From assembly GCA_963665325.3 (NCBI GenBank), contig OZ224045.1, positions 2,016,001-2,080,000 of the forward strand: a stretch of 64,000 nucleotides of DNA, in the 5' to 3' direction. The DNA is from Alphaproteobacteria bacterium (GTDB lineage: Bacteria > Pseudomonadota > Alphaproteobacteria > Bin95). Numbering within the stretch: the first letter of the stretch is position 1; every line of letters begins with the position of its first letter. This document shows positions 1 to 9,280 of the stretch, in pieces. The translations under genes were made by a program, and so were the position numbers. Below the pieces are notes generated by a model. It did not search any database. It was given only the letters and a program-made list of their open reading frames with translations, and was not told the origin of the DNA.

Positions 1-2
1 AG

Positions 3-446
3 GCGCAGGGGCTGGAAGAGCCGGTGCGCACGGATGCCTCGCTGAAGAACTGGGCGGTGACGGCGGTCACGGAGGCGTTCACCTTCGGACATCACGACTG
101 GCGGCCCAGGCTCTCGGCGGTGCGGGTCTATTTCACGGACGAGGGCTTCGACTCCTTCGTGGCGGGGCTCGAGGAGAGCCTCTATCTCGACCGGATCAGG
201 GACAACTACCAGGTCGCGAGCGCGGTGGCGCAGGGCGCGCCGGTAATCACGGATGCGCGGATATTCGCGGACGGGCGCGCCGGCTGGCAGCTCGAGTTCC
301 CGATGCTGATCACGTTCCACGCAGGCCGGAAGACCTCGTCCACGAAGATGGTGACGAAGGTGCTCGTGATGCGGGTGCCGTTCGACGAGCGGGCGTCCGG
401 CATCGGCATCGAGCAGATTTTCGTGACGAAGGCGGTGCGGACATGA
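3..446 (+). CDS. icmL: DotI/IcmL (TraM-like) type IVB secretion protein, 5'-truncated by the window edge
   Basis: Frame is open to the window start. WAVTAVTEAFTF..W...L.....YFT.EGF..F and WQLEFPMLITF match the IcmL/DotI pattern. Lies directly upstream of an icmK-like gene. Confidence 0.75.
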   Translation, partial: AQGLEEPVRTDASLKNWAVTAVTEAFTFGHHDWRPRLSAVRVYFTDEGFDSFVAGLEESLYLDRIRDNYQVASAVAQGAPVITDARIFADGRAGWQLEFPMLITFHAGRKTSSTKMVTKVLVMRVPFDERASGIGIEQIFVTKAVRT

Positions 447-1402
447 GGTTCGGATGGGTGGCGGCCGGGGTTGTGGCCGGGGTTGTGGCCGGGGTTGCGG
501 CCGGGCTCGCAGGCATGACGGGCATGGCCGATGCGCAGGCGCCGCGAGGCGAGGATATCTGGCCCGACAAGGCGGTTCCGGAGGAGGAAGCGGCGACGGC
601 CGGGCGCCGGGTGATGCCGTTGACGCAAGAGCATATCCGCCTGCTGGGCGAGCTGGTCCGCCAGCAGCAGCGCGCGACGCTGGAGGGGGCCGGGTTCCGG
701 CCTTCGGGACGGATCAGGCGGGTTGCGGTCGACCCCGGGGCCGGGGCTGCGGTGCCGGCGGTCGAGGTGCGGCACGGGTTCACGACCGTGCTGTCCTGGT
801 CGGACACGACGGGTTCGCCCTGGCCGGTCGAGGAGGTGCTGGTGGACTCGCAGTTCCTGCCGGGCGAAGGCGGGGACGAAGGCGGGGCCGGGCATCTGGT
901 CTATCTCGCCCCGAAACGCCGTTTTCTGGCCGGCAATCTGGTGGTGAAGCTGCGGGGCCTGGCGGAGCCTCTGGTGGTGCTGCTTCAGGACAGCGGCGGA
1001 CCCGAGAGCGATTTCCGGGTGGAGATGCGCCTGGCGCGGCCGGGTCCGGGCGTGGATGCGGCGGCGCTGATGCGCCCGGCGAGCTTTCATGCGGGCGACG
1101 AAGAGCTTGCGGGGCTGCTTGCGGGCGCGATCCCGGAGGGCGCGGTCCGGGTCGAGCTCAGCGGCGGGGACGCGGGCGACCGGGCCTGGCGCCAGGGCGA
1201 GGACCTGCTGCTGCTCAGCCGCCATGTGGTGCTGTCGCCGGGGCCCTGGGCGGCGGAGCGCGGCTCGGGCGGACGCTGGGCCTACAGGCTGCCGGCGGCG
1301 CCGGAGCTCTGGGTCTCGCTCGACGGGCGCGAGCGGCGGGTATCCGTGCGCGAGGGAGGTCCCTCGATCTGGGCGGGCGCTTCGGAAGGCGGCGGGCGAT
1401 GA
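443..1402 (+). CDS. icmK: DotH/IcmK (TraN-like) outer-membrane core protein
   Basis: N-terminal signal-like segment. Motifs PLTQEHI, VDPGAG..P.V....GFTT.L...D.TG.PWP and GNLVVKL.GL..P are typical of IcmK. ATGA overlap with icmL. Confidence 0.75.
   Translation: MRFGWVAAGVVAGVVAGVAAGLAGMTGMADAQAPRGEDIWPDKAVPEEEAATAGRRVMPLTQEHIRLLGELVRQQQRATLEGAGFRPSGRIRRVAVDPGAGAAVPAVEVRHGFTTVLSWSDTTGSPWPVEEVLVDSQFLPGEGGDEGGAGHLVYLAPKRRFLAGNLVVKLRGLAEPLVVLLQDSGGPESDFRVEMRLARPGPGVDAAALMRPASFHAGDEELAGLLAGAIPEGAVRVELSGGDAGDRAWRQGEDLLLLSRHVVLSPGPWAAERGSGGRWAYRLPAAPELWVSLDGRERRVSVREGGPSIWAGASEGGGR
458..505 (+). repeat. Four imperfect 12-bp tandem units (GTTGTGGCCGGG) in the icmK signal region
   Basis: GTGGCGGCCGGG GTTGTGGCCGGG GTTGTGGCCGGG GTTGCGGCCGGG encodes VAAG/VVAG repeats in frame. 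Confidence 0.8.
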
Positions 1403-2574
1403 TGGCAAGCCTGTTCCTGGCGGTTGTGCTGTTCCTGGGCGCGGCGCCGGCGACCCTGGCGCTGGACGGGGTCGTTCCGGACGTGAAGTTGAACACGGCC
1501 GACGGGCCCGGCGACAAGGTCTACGAACAGGGCCTGGAGAAGAGGAACCGGCAGGGGCAGGAGGAAGCGGGAGAAGAAGGCCGGTCCCACGTCGATGTCG
1601 TGTCGGAGGCGGTCGGCGAGGGGCCGCATGAGGCGGTGAAGCCTCCGGAGGTGATCTCCCGGCCGAGGAAGGAAGAGGCGAAACCGGAAGACGGAGAGGC
1701 CGGGACGATTCCGGTGGAGCGTGTGCAGCCGCGCCGGGAGTGGGAGCCGGAGCCGGACGGAGACTACGCCCGGCCTGCGGGTGAGGACGAGGGCAATCTC
1801 GATGCGGTCGTGGCGGCGCTGGTCGATGCGATCAACAGGCCTCCGGACATTCGCAGGATCGCCTGGGGGGTACGGGAAGCGGAGCGCCCGGACGGTGGCG
1901 GGGCGCGCGCGCCGCAGCGCACGGCGCCACTGCCTCGCGTGGGCGCCGGCGAGGCTTTCTATGCGCGCGTGATGCATGCGGTGAACTCGGACTATCCGGG
2001 GCCGGTGCTGATCGAGCTGCTGCAGCCGCCGCTGGCCGGAGCGGTCGCGCGCGGCGAGTTCCAGCTGGTGCGCGAACGCATGGTGATCCGGCTCAAGTCG
2101 CTGGATGTGGCCGGTGAGACGGTTCCGGTCGATGCGGTGGCGGTCGGCCTCGACTGCGCGTGTTTCGGCGTGGCGGGGGACGTCTCCTACCACTGGTGGG
2201 AGCGTGTGCTGCTGCCGGCGGCTACCGGTTTTGTCGAGCAGTATCTGATCGCGCGGGCCGAGCCGGAGCGCCGGGTGGTCACCGTGGGCGGGGAAACCGT
2301 CGTCACGGAGGAGAGCGGGCGCAGCGCCAGGCAGGCGCGGGATGCCGGCCTGGCGGCGGCGGCCGGCAGGGTCGGCCAGGTTCTGCTGCAGCAGGCGCCG
2401 TCCAGGCAGACGGTCGAGATCCCCCGCAATGCGGAAGTGGCGGTGATGTTCGCCGAGCGGCTGGCGCGGCCGTCGGCCGCTCCCCGGGCGGAGGCTCCGG
2501 CGCCAGCTCCGGCGCCTCCGCGCGTCGAGCGGGTGCGCAGGCAGGCTGCCGGCAATGGGGAGGACGGGCAATGA
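1399..2574 (+). CDS. icmE: Short DotG/IcmE (TraO/VirB10-like) protein, 391 aa
   Basis: Start re-assigned to ATG 1399, overlapping the icmK stop. N-terminal hydrophobic segment, then C-terminal TrbI/VirB10-like YARV..AVNSDYPGPV...L..P..GA...GEF and GDVSYHW. No pentapeptide repeats seen. Confidence 0.65.
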   Translation: MMASLFLAVVLFLGAAPATLALDGVVPDVKLNTADGPGDKVYEQGLEKRNRQGQEEAGEEGRSHVDVVSEAVGEGPHEAVKPPEVISRPRKEEAKPEDGEAGTIPVERVQPRREWEPEPDGDYARPAGEDEGNLDAVVAALVDAINRPPDIRRIAWGVREAERPDGGGARAPQRTAPLPRVGAGEAFYARVMHAVNSDYPGPVLIELLQPPLAGAVARGEFQLVRERMVIRLKSLDVAGETVPVDAVAVGLDCACFGVAGDVSYHWWERVLLPAATGFVEQYLIARAEPERRVVTVGGETVVTEESGRSARQARDAGLAAAAGRVGQVLLQQAPSRQTVEIPRNAEVAVMFAERLARPSAAPRAEAPAPAPAPPRVERVRRQAAGNGEDGQ

Positions 2575-3119
2575 ACGGGCAGGGCCTCGGCGATGCGCTG
2601 ATTTCGTTCGTTTCGACGCTGCTGGTCCCTGGAATCGGGCTGGTCGAGATCGCCTGTTACGTCATCGGCGGGGTGGTGTTCCTGCAGGCGCTCTTGCGGC
2701 TCATGCGCTCGGGCGAGGAAGGTCTGCGCGGACCTTCAGGGACGGGCACGGCGCTCACCTTTCTGGTCGCGATCGTGTTCCTCACCTTCCCGCAATGGCT
2801 GGGCGTGTGGGGCGAGACGCTGTTCGGCGGCACGGAACGGGGTGCGGCGGCGACGCTGGCCTATGCGCAGGGCGAGCGCGGCGAGCGCTACCGGCTGTTG
2901 CTCTGGGCGGTGTTCAAGATCGTCCAGTTCGTTGGCCTGTTCGCGTTCCTGAGGGGTGTGTTCGTGCTGCGCGATTCGGCGGACGGGCGCAACGGCGCGA
3001 CGGCCGGGAAGGCCTTTGCGCACATCGTGGGCGGCGTGTGCGCCTGGCACATCGTGTGGGTGATCGACCGGGTCCAGAACACGCTCGGGATCGCGCCGCT
3101 CAGCATTACGGAAGGTTGA
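2571..3119 (+). CDS. Multi-TM inner-membrane protein, IcmC/DotE (TraQ)-like
   Basis: ATG 2571 with GGAGG upstream, overlapping the previous stop. About 4 TM helices, YVIG and QFVGLFAFLRG..L, KAFAHIVGG. Position fits the dot/icm gene order. Confidence 0.55.
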   Translation: MNGQGLGDALISFVSTLLVPGIGLVEIACYVIGGVVFLQALLRLMRSGEEGLRGPSGTGTALTFLVAIVFLTFPQWLGVWGETLFGGTERGAAATLAYAQGERGERYRLLLWAVFKIVQFVGLFAFLRGVFVLRDSADGRNGATAGKAFAHIVGGVCAWHIVWVIDRVQNTLGIAPLSITEG

Positions 3120-3148
3120 AGATGTCAAATCTGACAAGGAGACGGAAG

Positions 3149-3514
3149 ATGGTTTCGAGGACGGTGACGGATCGCCTGGGCCTGCTTGCCTTGCTGGTGC
3201 TGCTTGCGGTTGCGGCGGAGCCGGTGCTGGCGAAGGATCTCGGCGACATGGCGAGGAAGAGTGCGGACGCGCTCGACAGCTTCCCGCTGGTGGTGCAGAT
3301 CCTGTTCTACGTGGTTGGCGGGTTCCTGGTGCTGATGGGCCTGTACAAGTTCAAGCGCATGCAGGACAATCCGCAGCAGCAGAGCTTCATGGGCGCGGTC
3401 GTCACCGGACTGGTCGGCGTCGCGATGATCTTCTTTCCGTCAGCGGTCGAAATGATGGGCGGGACGCTCGACCTGGCGCCCGGCGGCACGTTGACCCGGC
3501 CGCAGATGCAATAG
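3149..3514 (+). CDS. Small pilin-like membrane protein, IcmD/DotP (TraR)-like
   Basis: AAGGAG before ATG 3149. Signal peptide plus two TM helices around GLYKFK...DNPQQ. Lies immediately before icmB. Confidence 0.5.
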   Translation: MVSRTVTDRLGLLALLVLLAVAAEPVLAKDLGDMARKSADALDSFPLVVQILFYVVGGFLVLMGLYKFKRMQDNPQQQSFMGAVVTGLVGVAMIFFPSAVEMMGGTLDLAPGGTLTRPQMQ

Positions 3515-3527
3515 GCGGCCGGGCGCG

Positions 3528-5043
3528 GTGTTCCGCCAGCTGAACGACACGGTCCGTTATTGGTGGACCTTGCGGCGCAAGCCGCTGGAGGCGTTCATGG
3601 AGCCGGTGGCGCTGGCCGGCGACGCACTGCTCTGCCAGGACGGCTCGCTGGTGACGCTGCTGCGCATCGAGGGCTCGCGTTCGATCACGGGCGCGCGCGA
3701 GCTCGCGCAGTTCGTGGAGCTGGCGCAGCGGCGCCTGAACGGCGGCTTTCTCGACCGGGGACATGCGCTGCATGTCATGCTGGAGCGCGCGCCGGATGCG
3801 GCGCGGGCCGCGATCGATGCCGCGGCAGGGCGCCAGCGGCGGCAGTCGGAGCGTCTCGGCCTGGCGCTGGACGATGTGATCGCGGAGCGGTCCGGGCGGC
3901 TGGCGGAGCTGCTCACGGGCGAGACGGGGGTCATGGCGTGCTGGACCCGGCCGCAAACAGTGCCCGGTCCGCAGCTCACTCGCGAGAAGAAGGAGCGGAA
4001 GAAGCAGCTGAAGGGCTGGCTTCCGGCGCTGCGGGACTCGCAGTGCCCGCTCCAGGTCGTTGACAGCCTGCCGCCGCGCCATGAGGCGTTCGTGGCGACG
4101 GTAACGTCGCTTCTCGGCGAGGCGGGGCTGATGGCGGAGCAGCTGGGCTCGCACGAGGCGGTGCGGTCGATGCGGGCGCTGTTGAACGGGCCGGACGCGG
4201 CCGGGCCGGACTGGCGGCCGGTCGGGCCCGGGGACGAGGCCTGGCCGCGGTTCACGGAGCCGCCGGAGCTGGGCTCGTTCCCGCCCCCGCTCGCGCCGCA
4301 GCTTCTGGTTCGGGAGCCTGAGGTCGAAGCGGGAGGTCTCCGGATCGGGGGCAGGCTGTACGGGGCGGTGGACATGGTGCTCGGGCCCCGCCTGGAACGG
4401 CCGTTCTCGGAGCTCATGACCAGGCTTGCGGAGGCGGATATCCCGTTCCGGTTCTCGATGGTAATCGAAGGCGGCGGGATGGCGGGTTCGGGGCCGTCGG
4501 TCGCGCTCGCGGCGGCCTCGGTGCTGGCCGTGACCTCCGAGGACAGCCGGCACGTAAGGGACGCGCTCATCGGCCTGCGGGCGGTGCGCAGCGACGAGCA
4601 GGCGGTGGTGCGGGTGCGGATCGGGTTGCTGACCTGGGTGGAGGAAGAGGAGGACGAGGCGGCTCTGGCCCGACGTCTCGGGCGCATGCAGCAGATCTGC
4701 GAGGGCTGGGGCGAGTGCGAGTTCTCGCCGCTGGTGGGGGACATCCTGGAGGCGTTTGCGGGAACGGTGCCGGGATTTGCGCTTGGCGGGACGCCGGAGC
4801 CGGCGCTGGCGCCGCTTTCGAAGGTGCTCGGCATGCTGCCGCTGTTCCGTCCGGCATCCGCGGTGAGGCCGGACCGGGCCGACTACCTCTTCCGGAGCGA
4901 GGACGGCAAGCCGCTCGGCTACAGCCTGGAGGAGAGCGGGGATTTCGGGTTCGACCTGGTTTACGGGATACCGGGGCGCGGCAAGAGCGTGCTGCTGGGC
5001 TCGCTGTCGCTGGCGTTCTGCCTGCAGGGCGGTCGCCGGCGCC
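3528..5043 (+). pseudogene. icmB: IcmB/DotO (VirB4/TraU-like ATPase), 5' part, interrupted by transposon
   Basis: Motifs DGSLVTLLRIEG, LFRSEDGK and Walker A GIPGRGKS. Joining 5043 to 9433 gives in-frame GGRRRLPLLAVVDIGPSSSGMISMIREALP, 3003 nt in total. Confidence 0.85.
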
Positions 5044-5127
5044 TGAGTGTGCTCTCGGTATCTGATGGCGGGATGGTCACGTTGTTCGATGGTTTTCAGG
5101 CGTCGGGCCGGGCGTGACGGCGGGGGT

Positions 5128-5214
5128 GTCGGACGGCCGTCGGCGCGTCAAGCCGCTTCGCGGCTCCTGCGCTGCGCTCCGGCCCTTCGGGTGACCCGCC
5201 GCCGTCCCTCCGAC
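5128..5214. other. Branched stem-loop in the transposon's non-coding end
   Basis: 5129-5151 pairs with 5191-5213 at 18 of 23 positions and encloses GCCGC-TTC-GCGGC, GCGCTGCGC and CCC-TTC-GGG mini-hairpins. Confidence 0.6.
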
Positions 5215-5289
5215 GGAGTGCATCCATGGCCGTAAGCAAGCTTCCGGCCACGGGCCGGCCGCTTTACGCAGTGTGACAATGGGAGCGGT

Positions 5290-5351
5290 GTTACCCGTTA
5301 CCGTTACCCTCTCTCCCTAGGGGTTCGAGGCGGTAACGGTTTTCGGTAACG
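5290..5351. repeat. Converging iteron-like repeats GTTACC x3 and GGTAAC x2 around palindrome CCCTAGGG
   Basis: GTTACC at 5290, 5297 and 5303. GGTAAC at 5332 and 5345. CCCTAGGG at 5315-5322 contains the helicase stop codon. Confidence 0.75.
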
Positions 5352-6315
5352 TGTCCCTGCGGTCGTTGCCGTTGAGGGCGGCGAGGCGGTATCCGCCTTC
5401 GGATGCGCGCTCGACGCGTCCTTCGCGGACGAGCCTGTGCAGCGCCTCGGCGACGGTTGCGGGCCGGGTTGCCGCGCGCTCGCGGATCCGGCGCTGGGAG
5501 AGCGGCGCGTCGGCGTCGGCGAGGGCCTGCAGGATGCGCCGTTCGGGGGTATCCGGCTCCGGCGCCTGGTCTTCCGGCGTCTCGCGCAACCGCAGGGCGG
5601 GGCGCTCGTCGTCGTCGGCGAGTTCGATCTCGAGGTCTTCGAGGCCAGGGGCGTCGCGATGCTCGACGGTCATGAGGATCTGGCGGTCTCGCCGGCGCAG
5701 GTACAGATTCGAATCGCCCCAGGCGTGAAGTTCGCTGCTGCCGCGCAGCGCCTGCCCGGGCCGGGAGCCGCCGCTCTTTCGTGCGTGATGGACGAGGAGG
5801 ACGGCGGTTTCGAAGCGGCGCTGTATGTCGCGCAGGAAGCCCAGCATGGGGGCGACCTCGGCGACGGTATTTTCGTCGACGCCGTGCAGGCGCACGAGGG
5901 GGTCGAGGACGACGAGGCGGGGTGAGACGCGCTCCACCGTCTCGACCAGGCGCTGGCGATCGGCGCGATGGTCGAGACGCAGCGTGGGCACGTCGATGAC
6001 GGCGATGTCGAGGGTCTCGAACGCGGTGCCTGCCGCCTTTGCGATGCCCTGGAGGCGTGCGCGCACGATATGGCCGGCGTCCTCGGCGGCGAACAGCAGC
6101 ACGGGGCCGCTTGCGGCGGGACGGAAGTGGCGCAGGCAGGGGACGCCGGCGGCGACCGCGACGGCGATGTCGAGTGCGAGGAAGGATTTGCCGCACTTGG
6201 GCTCGCCGCCGACGATGCCGACGCCCTGCTCGGACCACAACGCCTCGACCATCCAGCGGCGCGCCTGGGGGCGCTCTTCGAGCTCCGCCGGCGCCCGTGT
6301 CGGGAAGCCCTTCAC
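5317..6315 (-). CDS. RepA/AAA_25-like (RecA-fold) helicase/ATPase with C-terminal winged HTH, 332 aa
   Basis: GTG 6315 overlaps the upstream TGA (GTGA) and has GAGGAGG upstream. Walker A GEPKCGKS, LFAAED, LVVLDPL, LVHHARK and LRGSSELHAWGD are present. C-terminal ILQAL...LSQRRIRE...VAEALHRL...GRV resembles a wHTH. Confidence 0.8.
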   Translation of the reverse strand: MKGFPTRAPAELEERPQARRWMVEALWSEQGVGIVGGEPKCGKSFLALDIAVAVAAGVPCLRHFRPAASGPVLLFAAEDAGHIVRARLQGIAKAAGTAFETLDIAVIDVPTLRLDHRADRQRLVETVERVSPRLVVLDPLVRLHGVDENTVAEVAPMLGFLRDIQRRFETAVLLVHHARKSGGSRPGQALRGSSELHAWGDSNLYLRRRDRQILMTVEHRDAPGLEDLEIELADDDERPALRLRETPEDQAPEPDTPERRILQALADADAPLSQRRIRERAATRPATVAEALHRLVREGRVERASEGGYRLAALNGNDRRDTLPKTVTASNP

Positions 6316-7145
6316 CGCCGCGCCCTCCTCGGCTTGGCGGGTTCGCCCAGGGTCTCGATGAAGAGCTTCTCGTCGAGGACCTCGCGCTCCTTCTCGGCGG
6401 CGGCGGCGAGCAGGGCGTCGGCCATGACGGTGAGCGCCCGCGGGTTGCCGTCGGCATGGGCGACCAGGGTGTCCTTGAGGCCCGCGGTCATGAGGCCGGG
6501 ATTGCCGGCCTGCTCGATCAGATGGTCGAGCAGGGCCGCGAGGTCGCCGGCCTCGGCCTTGGTCATGACCAGGCGCTGGCGGATGCGCGAGGCGATGGGC
6601 TGCAGATCGGGCTGGCGGAGCTTGTCGAGCAGGCGCGTGTCGCCGGCGAGGACGACCGAGAGGATGGCGCGCGAGTCGAAGTCGGTCGAAGCCAGCAGGC
6701 GGATCTCGGAGAACACCGAGGGCAGCAGCTCCTGGGCCTCGTCGACGAGCACGACGGGGCGCATGCGGGTATCGTCGACATGGGCGAGCCAGCGCTCGCG
6801 CAGGCTTTTGAAGCTGGCCCAGCGGTTGTTGTACATCAGGTCGACGCCGAACATCTCGCCGATCTCGCGGTAGAAGTCGGACAGCCGGGAGGAGGGATGG
6901 GTGATGGCGGCGATGCTGAGCCCCTCGCAGCGGCCGAGACGGTCGGCGAGCAGGCGCAACGCCACACTCTTTCCGGCGCCGGGCTCGCCGGCGATCAAGG
7001 CGAAGCCGCCCTGGCGCACCAGGTGGCGCTCGATCCTGAGGCAGAAGCTGTCGACGGCAGGCGTCGCCATGAGACTGTCGACCGGCAGGTCGGTGGCGAA
7101 GGGGTTCCACTTGAGCCCGTAGAAGGTGAGCAGTTCCCGGTTCAT
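6312..7145 (-). CDS. ExeA/TnsC/MuB-like AAA+ ATPase (transposition regulator)
   Basis: YGLKWNPF, Walker A GEPGAGKS, Walker B LVDEAQ, SRI and GNPRAL. ATGA overlap with the transposase. Confidence 0.85.
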   Translation of the reverse strand: MNRELLTFYGLKWNPFATDLPVDSLMATPAVDSFCLRIERHLVRQGGFALIAGEPGAGKSVALRLLADRLGRCEGLSIAAITHPSSRLSDFYREIGEMFGVDLMYNNRWASFKSLRERWLAHVDDTRMRPVVLVDEAQELLPSVFSEIRLLASTDFDSRAILSVVLAGDTRLLDKLRQPDLQPIASRIRQRLVMTKAEAGDLAALLDHLIEQAGNPGLMTAGLKDTLVAHADGNPRALTVMADALLAAAAEKEREVLDEKLFIETLGEPAKPRRARR

Positions 7146-8617
7146 GGCGCATCTCCCCGATCTTCGTCCTCGCCCGGACCGGGCGTCTTGTCATGGGGCA
7201 GCCAGGCCGGCGGCAGGCCGGTTGCGGCCTGGGCGTCGAGCATGCCCTTGAGCAGCGGCGGAAGTTCCCCCGTCCCCGCGCCGCCATTGCCATCGTTGCC
7301 GCCGGGGCCGGCGGGACGGCGCACGCCATCGGCGTTGCCGCGCTTGTCGAGGGGGTACAGCGTGCACAGGCGCTCGCCGCCTCGACCGTCGATCAGATCG
7401 ACGCTGGCGAGGTTCCAGCGCGCGTAACGGATCCAGGCCTCGCGCAGGTGGCGCCACGGCTGTGGCACCTGGTAGCGGATGCCCTCGACCGAGACGGTGC
7501 CGTCCGAGCGCCTGAGCGTGCGCTTCCTGGTGATGCGGAAGGCCGCCTTGAGCTCGGCCGAGCCGGGGCAGGATCTCGACGCGTCGACGCTCCCGGCCAG
7601 GCGTTGATGCGGCGTCATGCCGAGCTCGCGGTGCTTGCGGCGGTGATAGTCCTGCTCCAGCCAGGCGATGGTGGCGTCGTTGAGCATCTTCAAGGTAAGC
7701 GCGTCGACGCCTTCGAGCTGAGCCATCAGGCGCGATTCGACCGTGCCCCAGAACGACTCGATCTTGCCGTTCTGATGGGGGCTGTAAGCGAGCGTCGTGA
7801 CCCCCGCGATGCCGAGCCGGTGCAACCCCTCCTCGACCTCGCCCGCGGTCATCGCCGCGCCGTTGTCGGTCAGCAGGGACCTCGGCAGACCGCGCTTCAT
7901 GAAGGCCTGGCAAAGGCCGTGGACGAACACCTCGGCGGTCTCGGCGAGGTACCACTGAAGGTGGCAGCCGAGGCGCGAGTGGTCGTCGAGGAAGCCGAGC
8001 AGGATCGGCGTCTTCCACTCGCCCGAGGCGGTCAGCACGCGACGCTTGGCGCTGTGCATGTCGGCGTGCCACAGGGCGTGAGAGCGCGAGACCTCGTAGC
8101 TCAATACCTCGCGGGCTTCGACCGCCGGCCTGGCCTCGCTCTCATGCCACTTGCGCCGGCGCTTGCGTACCAGCCCGCGAGCCCGCATCGCCCGGGTCAG
8201 CGTCGCGTAGGACGGTATCGGGCCGAGCTCGGGATCGGCCTCGACCCGCGCGGCCAGATTCTCGTGATGAAGCTGCGCCGACCACGACGGATGCGCCCGG
8301 TACTGCTCGTGCAGCGCCTCGATCAGCGTCGGCGACATCGCGCGCGGGCGCCCGGCATCGGCGCGCGGGCGCCGCTTGAGCGCCCCCACCGGATCGTTGT
8401 CCGCCGCCCGCGCCTGGTAGTACCAGCGCTCGATCGTGGACACCGCGAAGCGCACCCGGCCCTTGCCGGACGGGTGATCCCACTCGCGTTCGGCAAGCCG
8501 CTCAAGCTCGGCGTGCAGCCGCCCCGCCGGCGGCGGCGAGGCCAGAAGCGGCCCGACCACCGCGAAGCGCAACCGCGCCCACCGGTCGCGACGCTCGCTC
8601 CCGTCGTTGCTGTTCAT
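7142..8617 (-). CDS. Mu/TnsB-like DDE transposase (rve core plus Mu-type C-terminal domain)
   Basis: N-terminal HTH (STIERWYY). Triad WHAD / LTDNG / GKIESFW. C-terminal RRSDGTVSVEGIRYQVP. Confidence 0.9.
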   Translation of the reverse strand: MNSNDGSERRDRWARLRFAVVGPLLASPPPAGRLHAELERLAEREWDHPSGKGRVRFAVSTIERWYYQARAADNDPVGALKRRPRADAGRPRAMSPTLIEALHEQYRAHPSWSAQLHHENLAARVEADPELGPIPSYATLTRAMRARGLVRKRRRKWHESEARPAVEAREVLSYEVSRSHALWHADMHSAKRRVLTASGEWKTPILLGFLDDHSRLGCHLQWYLAETAEVFVHGLCQAFMKRGLPRSLLTDNGAAMTAGEVEEGLHRLGIAGVTTLAYSPHQNGKIESFWGTVESRLMAQLEGVDALTLKMLNDATIAWLEQDYHRRKHRELGMTPHQRLAGSVDASRSCPGSAELKAAFRITRKRTLRRSDGTVSVEGIRYQVPQPWRHLREAWIRYARWNLASVDLIDGRGGERLCTLYPLDKRGNADGVRRPAGPGGNDGNGGAGTGELPPLLKGMLDAQAATGLPPAWLPHDKTPGPGEDEDRGDAP

Positions 8618-8665
8618 TCCGGCATCCCCCTCGCTGCTTCGTGGAGGTGCCGATGATGCGGTGCC

Positions 8666-9280
8666 CTATCCGTGCATCATAGAAACGCTTTCTGCGGGCG
8701 AAGCCGGACCTGCGCCGAGCGCGCAAAAGCCGGTCCACGGCATCAGCCAGACCAGGCTCCGCAGCAGCCGCGAGCGGAAGCCACGGCCCCGCATGATGCG
8801 CAGCAGCCGGCGCAGCGGCGCCTCTTCGGGCGGCGCCGCCAGCTCGCCCCGTCTCGCCTGCCACTCCCGGGTCAGCGGGAAGGCTTCCAGCCACCAGCGC
8901 CGCCAGCGCTTCAGCGTCGAGGCCGGAACCCCGCACCGCCGCGCGATCGTCTGCAACCGCGCGCCGCCGGCCACAGCCAGCGCACTCACCACAAGGAACA
9001 GCGCCCCGACGTAAAAGCGCCTGCCGAAGAAACGCACCGACGGCGGCTTCACGCGGCGTCGGCACACCGAACAGCACAGGCTGAAGCGCCGAACGTCGTT
9101 CCGAAGATTCGCCGCCAGACCGTGCGGCTTGCGCGGGTAGCTCGCGCTGTGAAGCGCGCCGCCGCAGCGCGGGCAACCCGCCGCCCGGCACGCCTCCGCC
9201 TCGGCCGCGTCGACCTGCTTCAGAAAATCCCAAACCCGGGCGTTGGAGAGATTGGAGTGCCGGAACAGCTTGTGCGACAT
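8666..9280 (-). CDS. Zn-ribbon plus HTH protein (DUF6431-like), first gene of the transposon
   Basis: CPRC...H...YPR...CCSVC, then HTH TIARRCGVPASTLKRW. Conserved in all copies. Confidence 0.7.
   Translation of the reverse strand: MSHKLFRHSNLSNARVWDFLKQVDAAEAEACRAAGCPRCGGALHSASYPRKPHGLAANLRNDVRRFSLCCSVCRRRVKPPSVRFFGRRFYVGALFLVVSALAVAGGARLQTIARRCGVPASTLKRWRRWWLEAFPLTREWQARRGELAAPPEEAPLRRLLRIMRGRGFRSRLLRSLVWLMPWTGFCALGAGPASPAESVSMMHG

Noticed and set aside
458-505. 12-bp repeat as a phase-variation switch
   Set aside because: The unit length is a multiple of three, so copy changes alter only signal-peptide length.
5047-5235. 62-aa ORF in the transposon end
   Set aside because: It starts 3 bp inside the terminus with no SD and overlaps the structured region. 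Recurrence only reflects the element copies.
5317-7329. 670-aa ORF as a single protein (also 38062-40074 and 60225-62237)
   Set aside because: The N-terminal half is an Arg/Pro-rich alternate frame over the ATPase gene. The real start is GTG 6315, with an SD and GTGA coupling.
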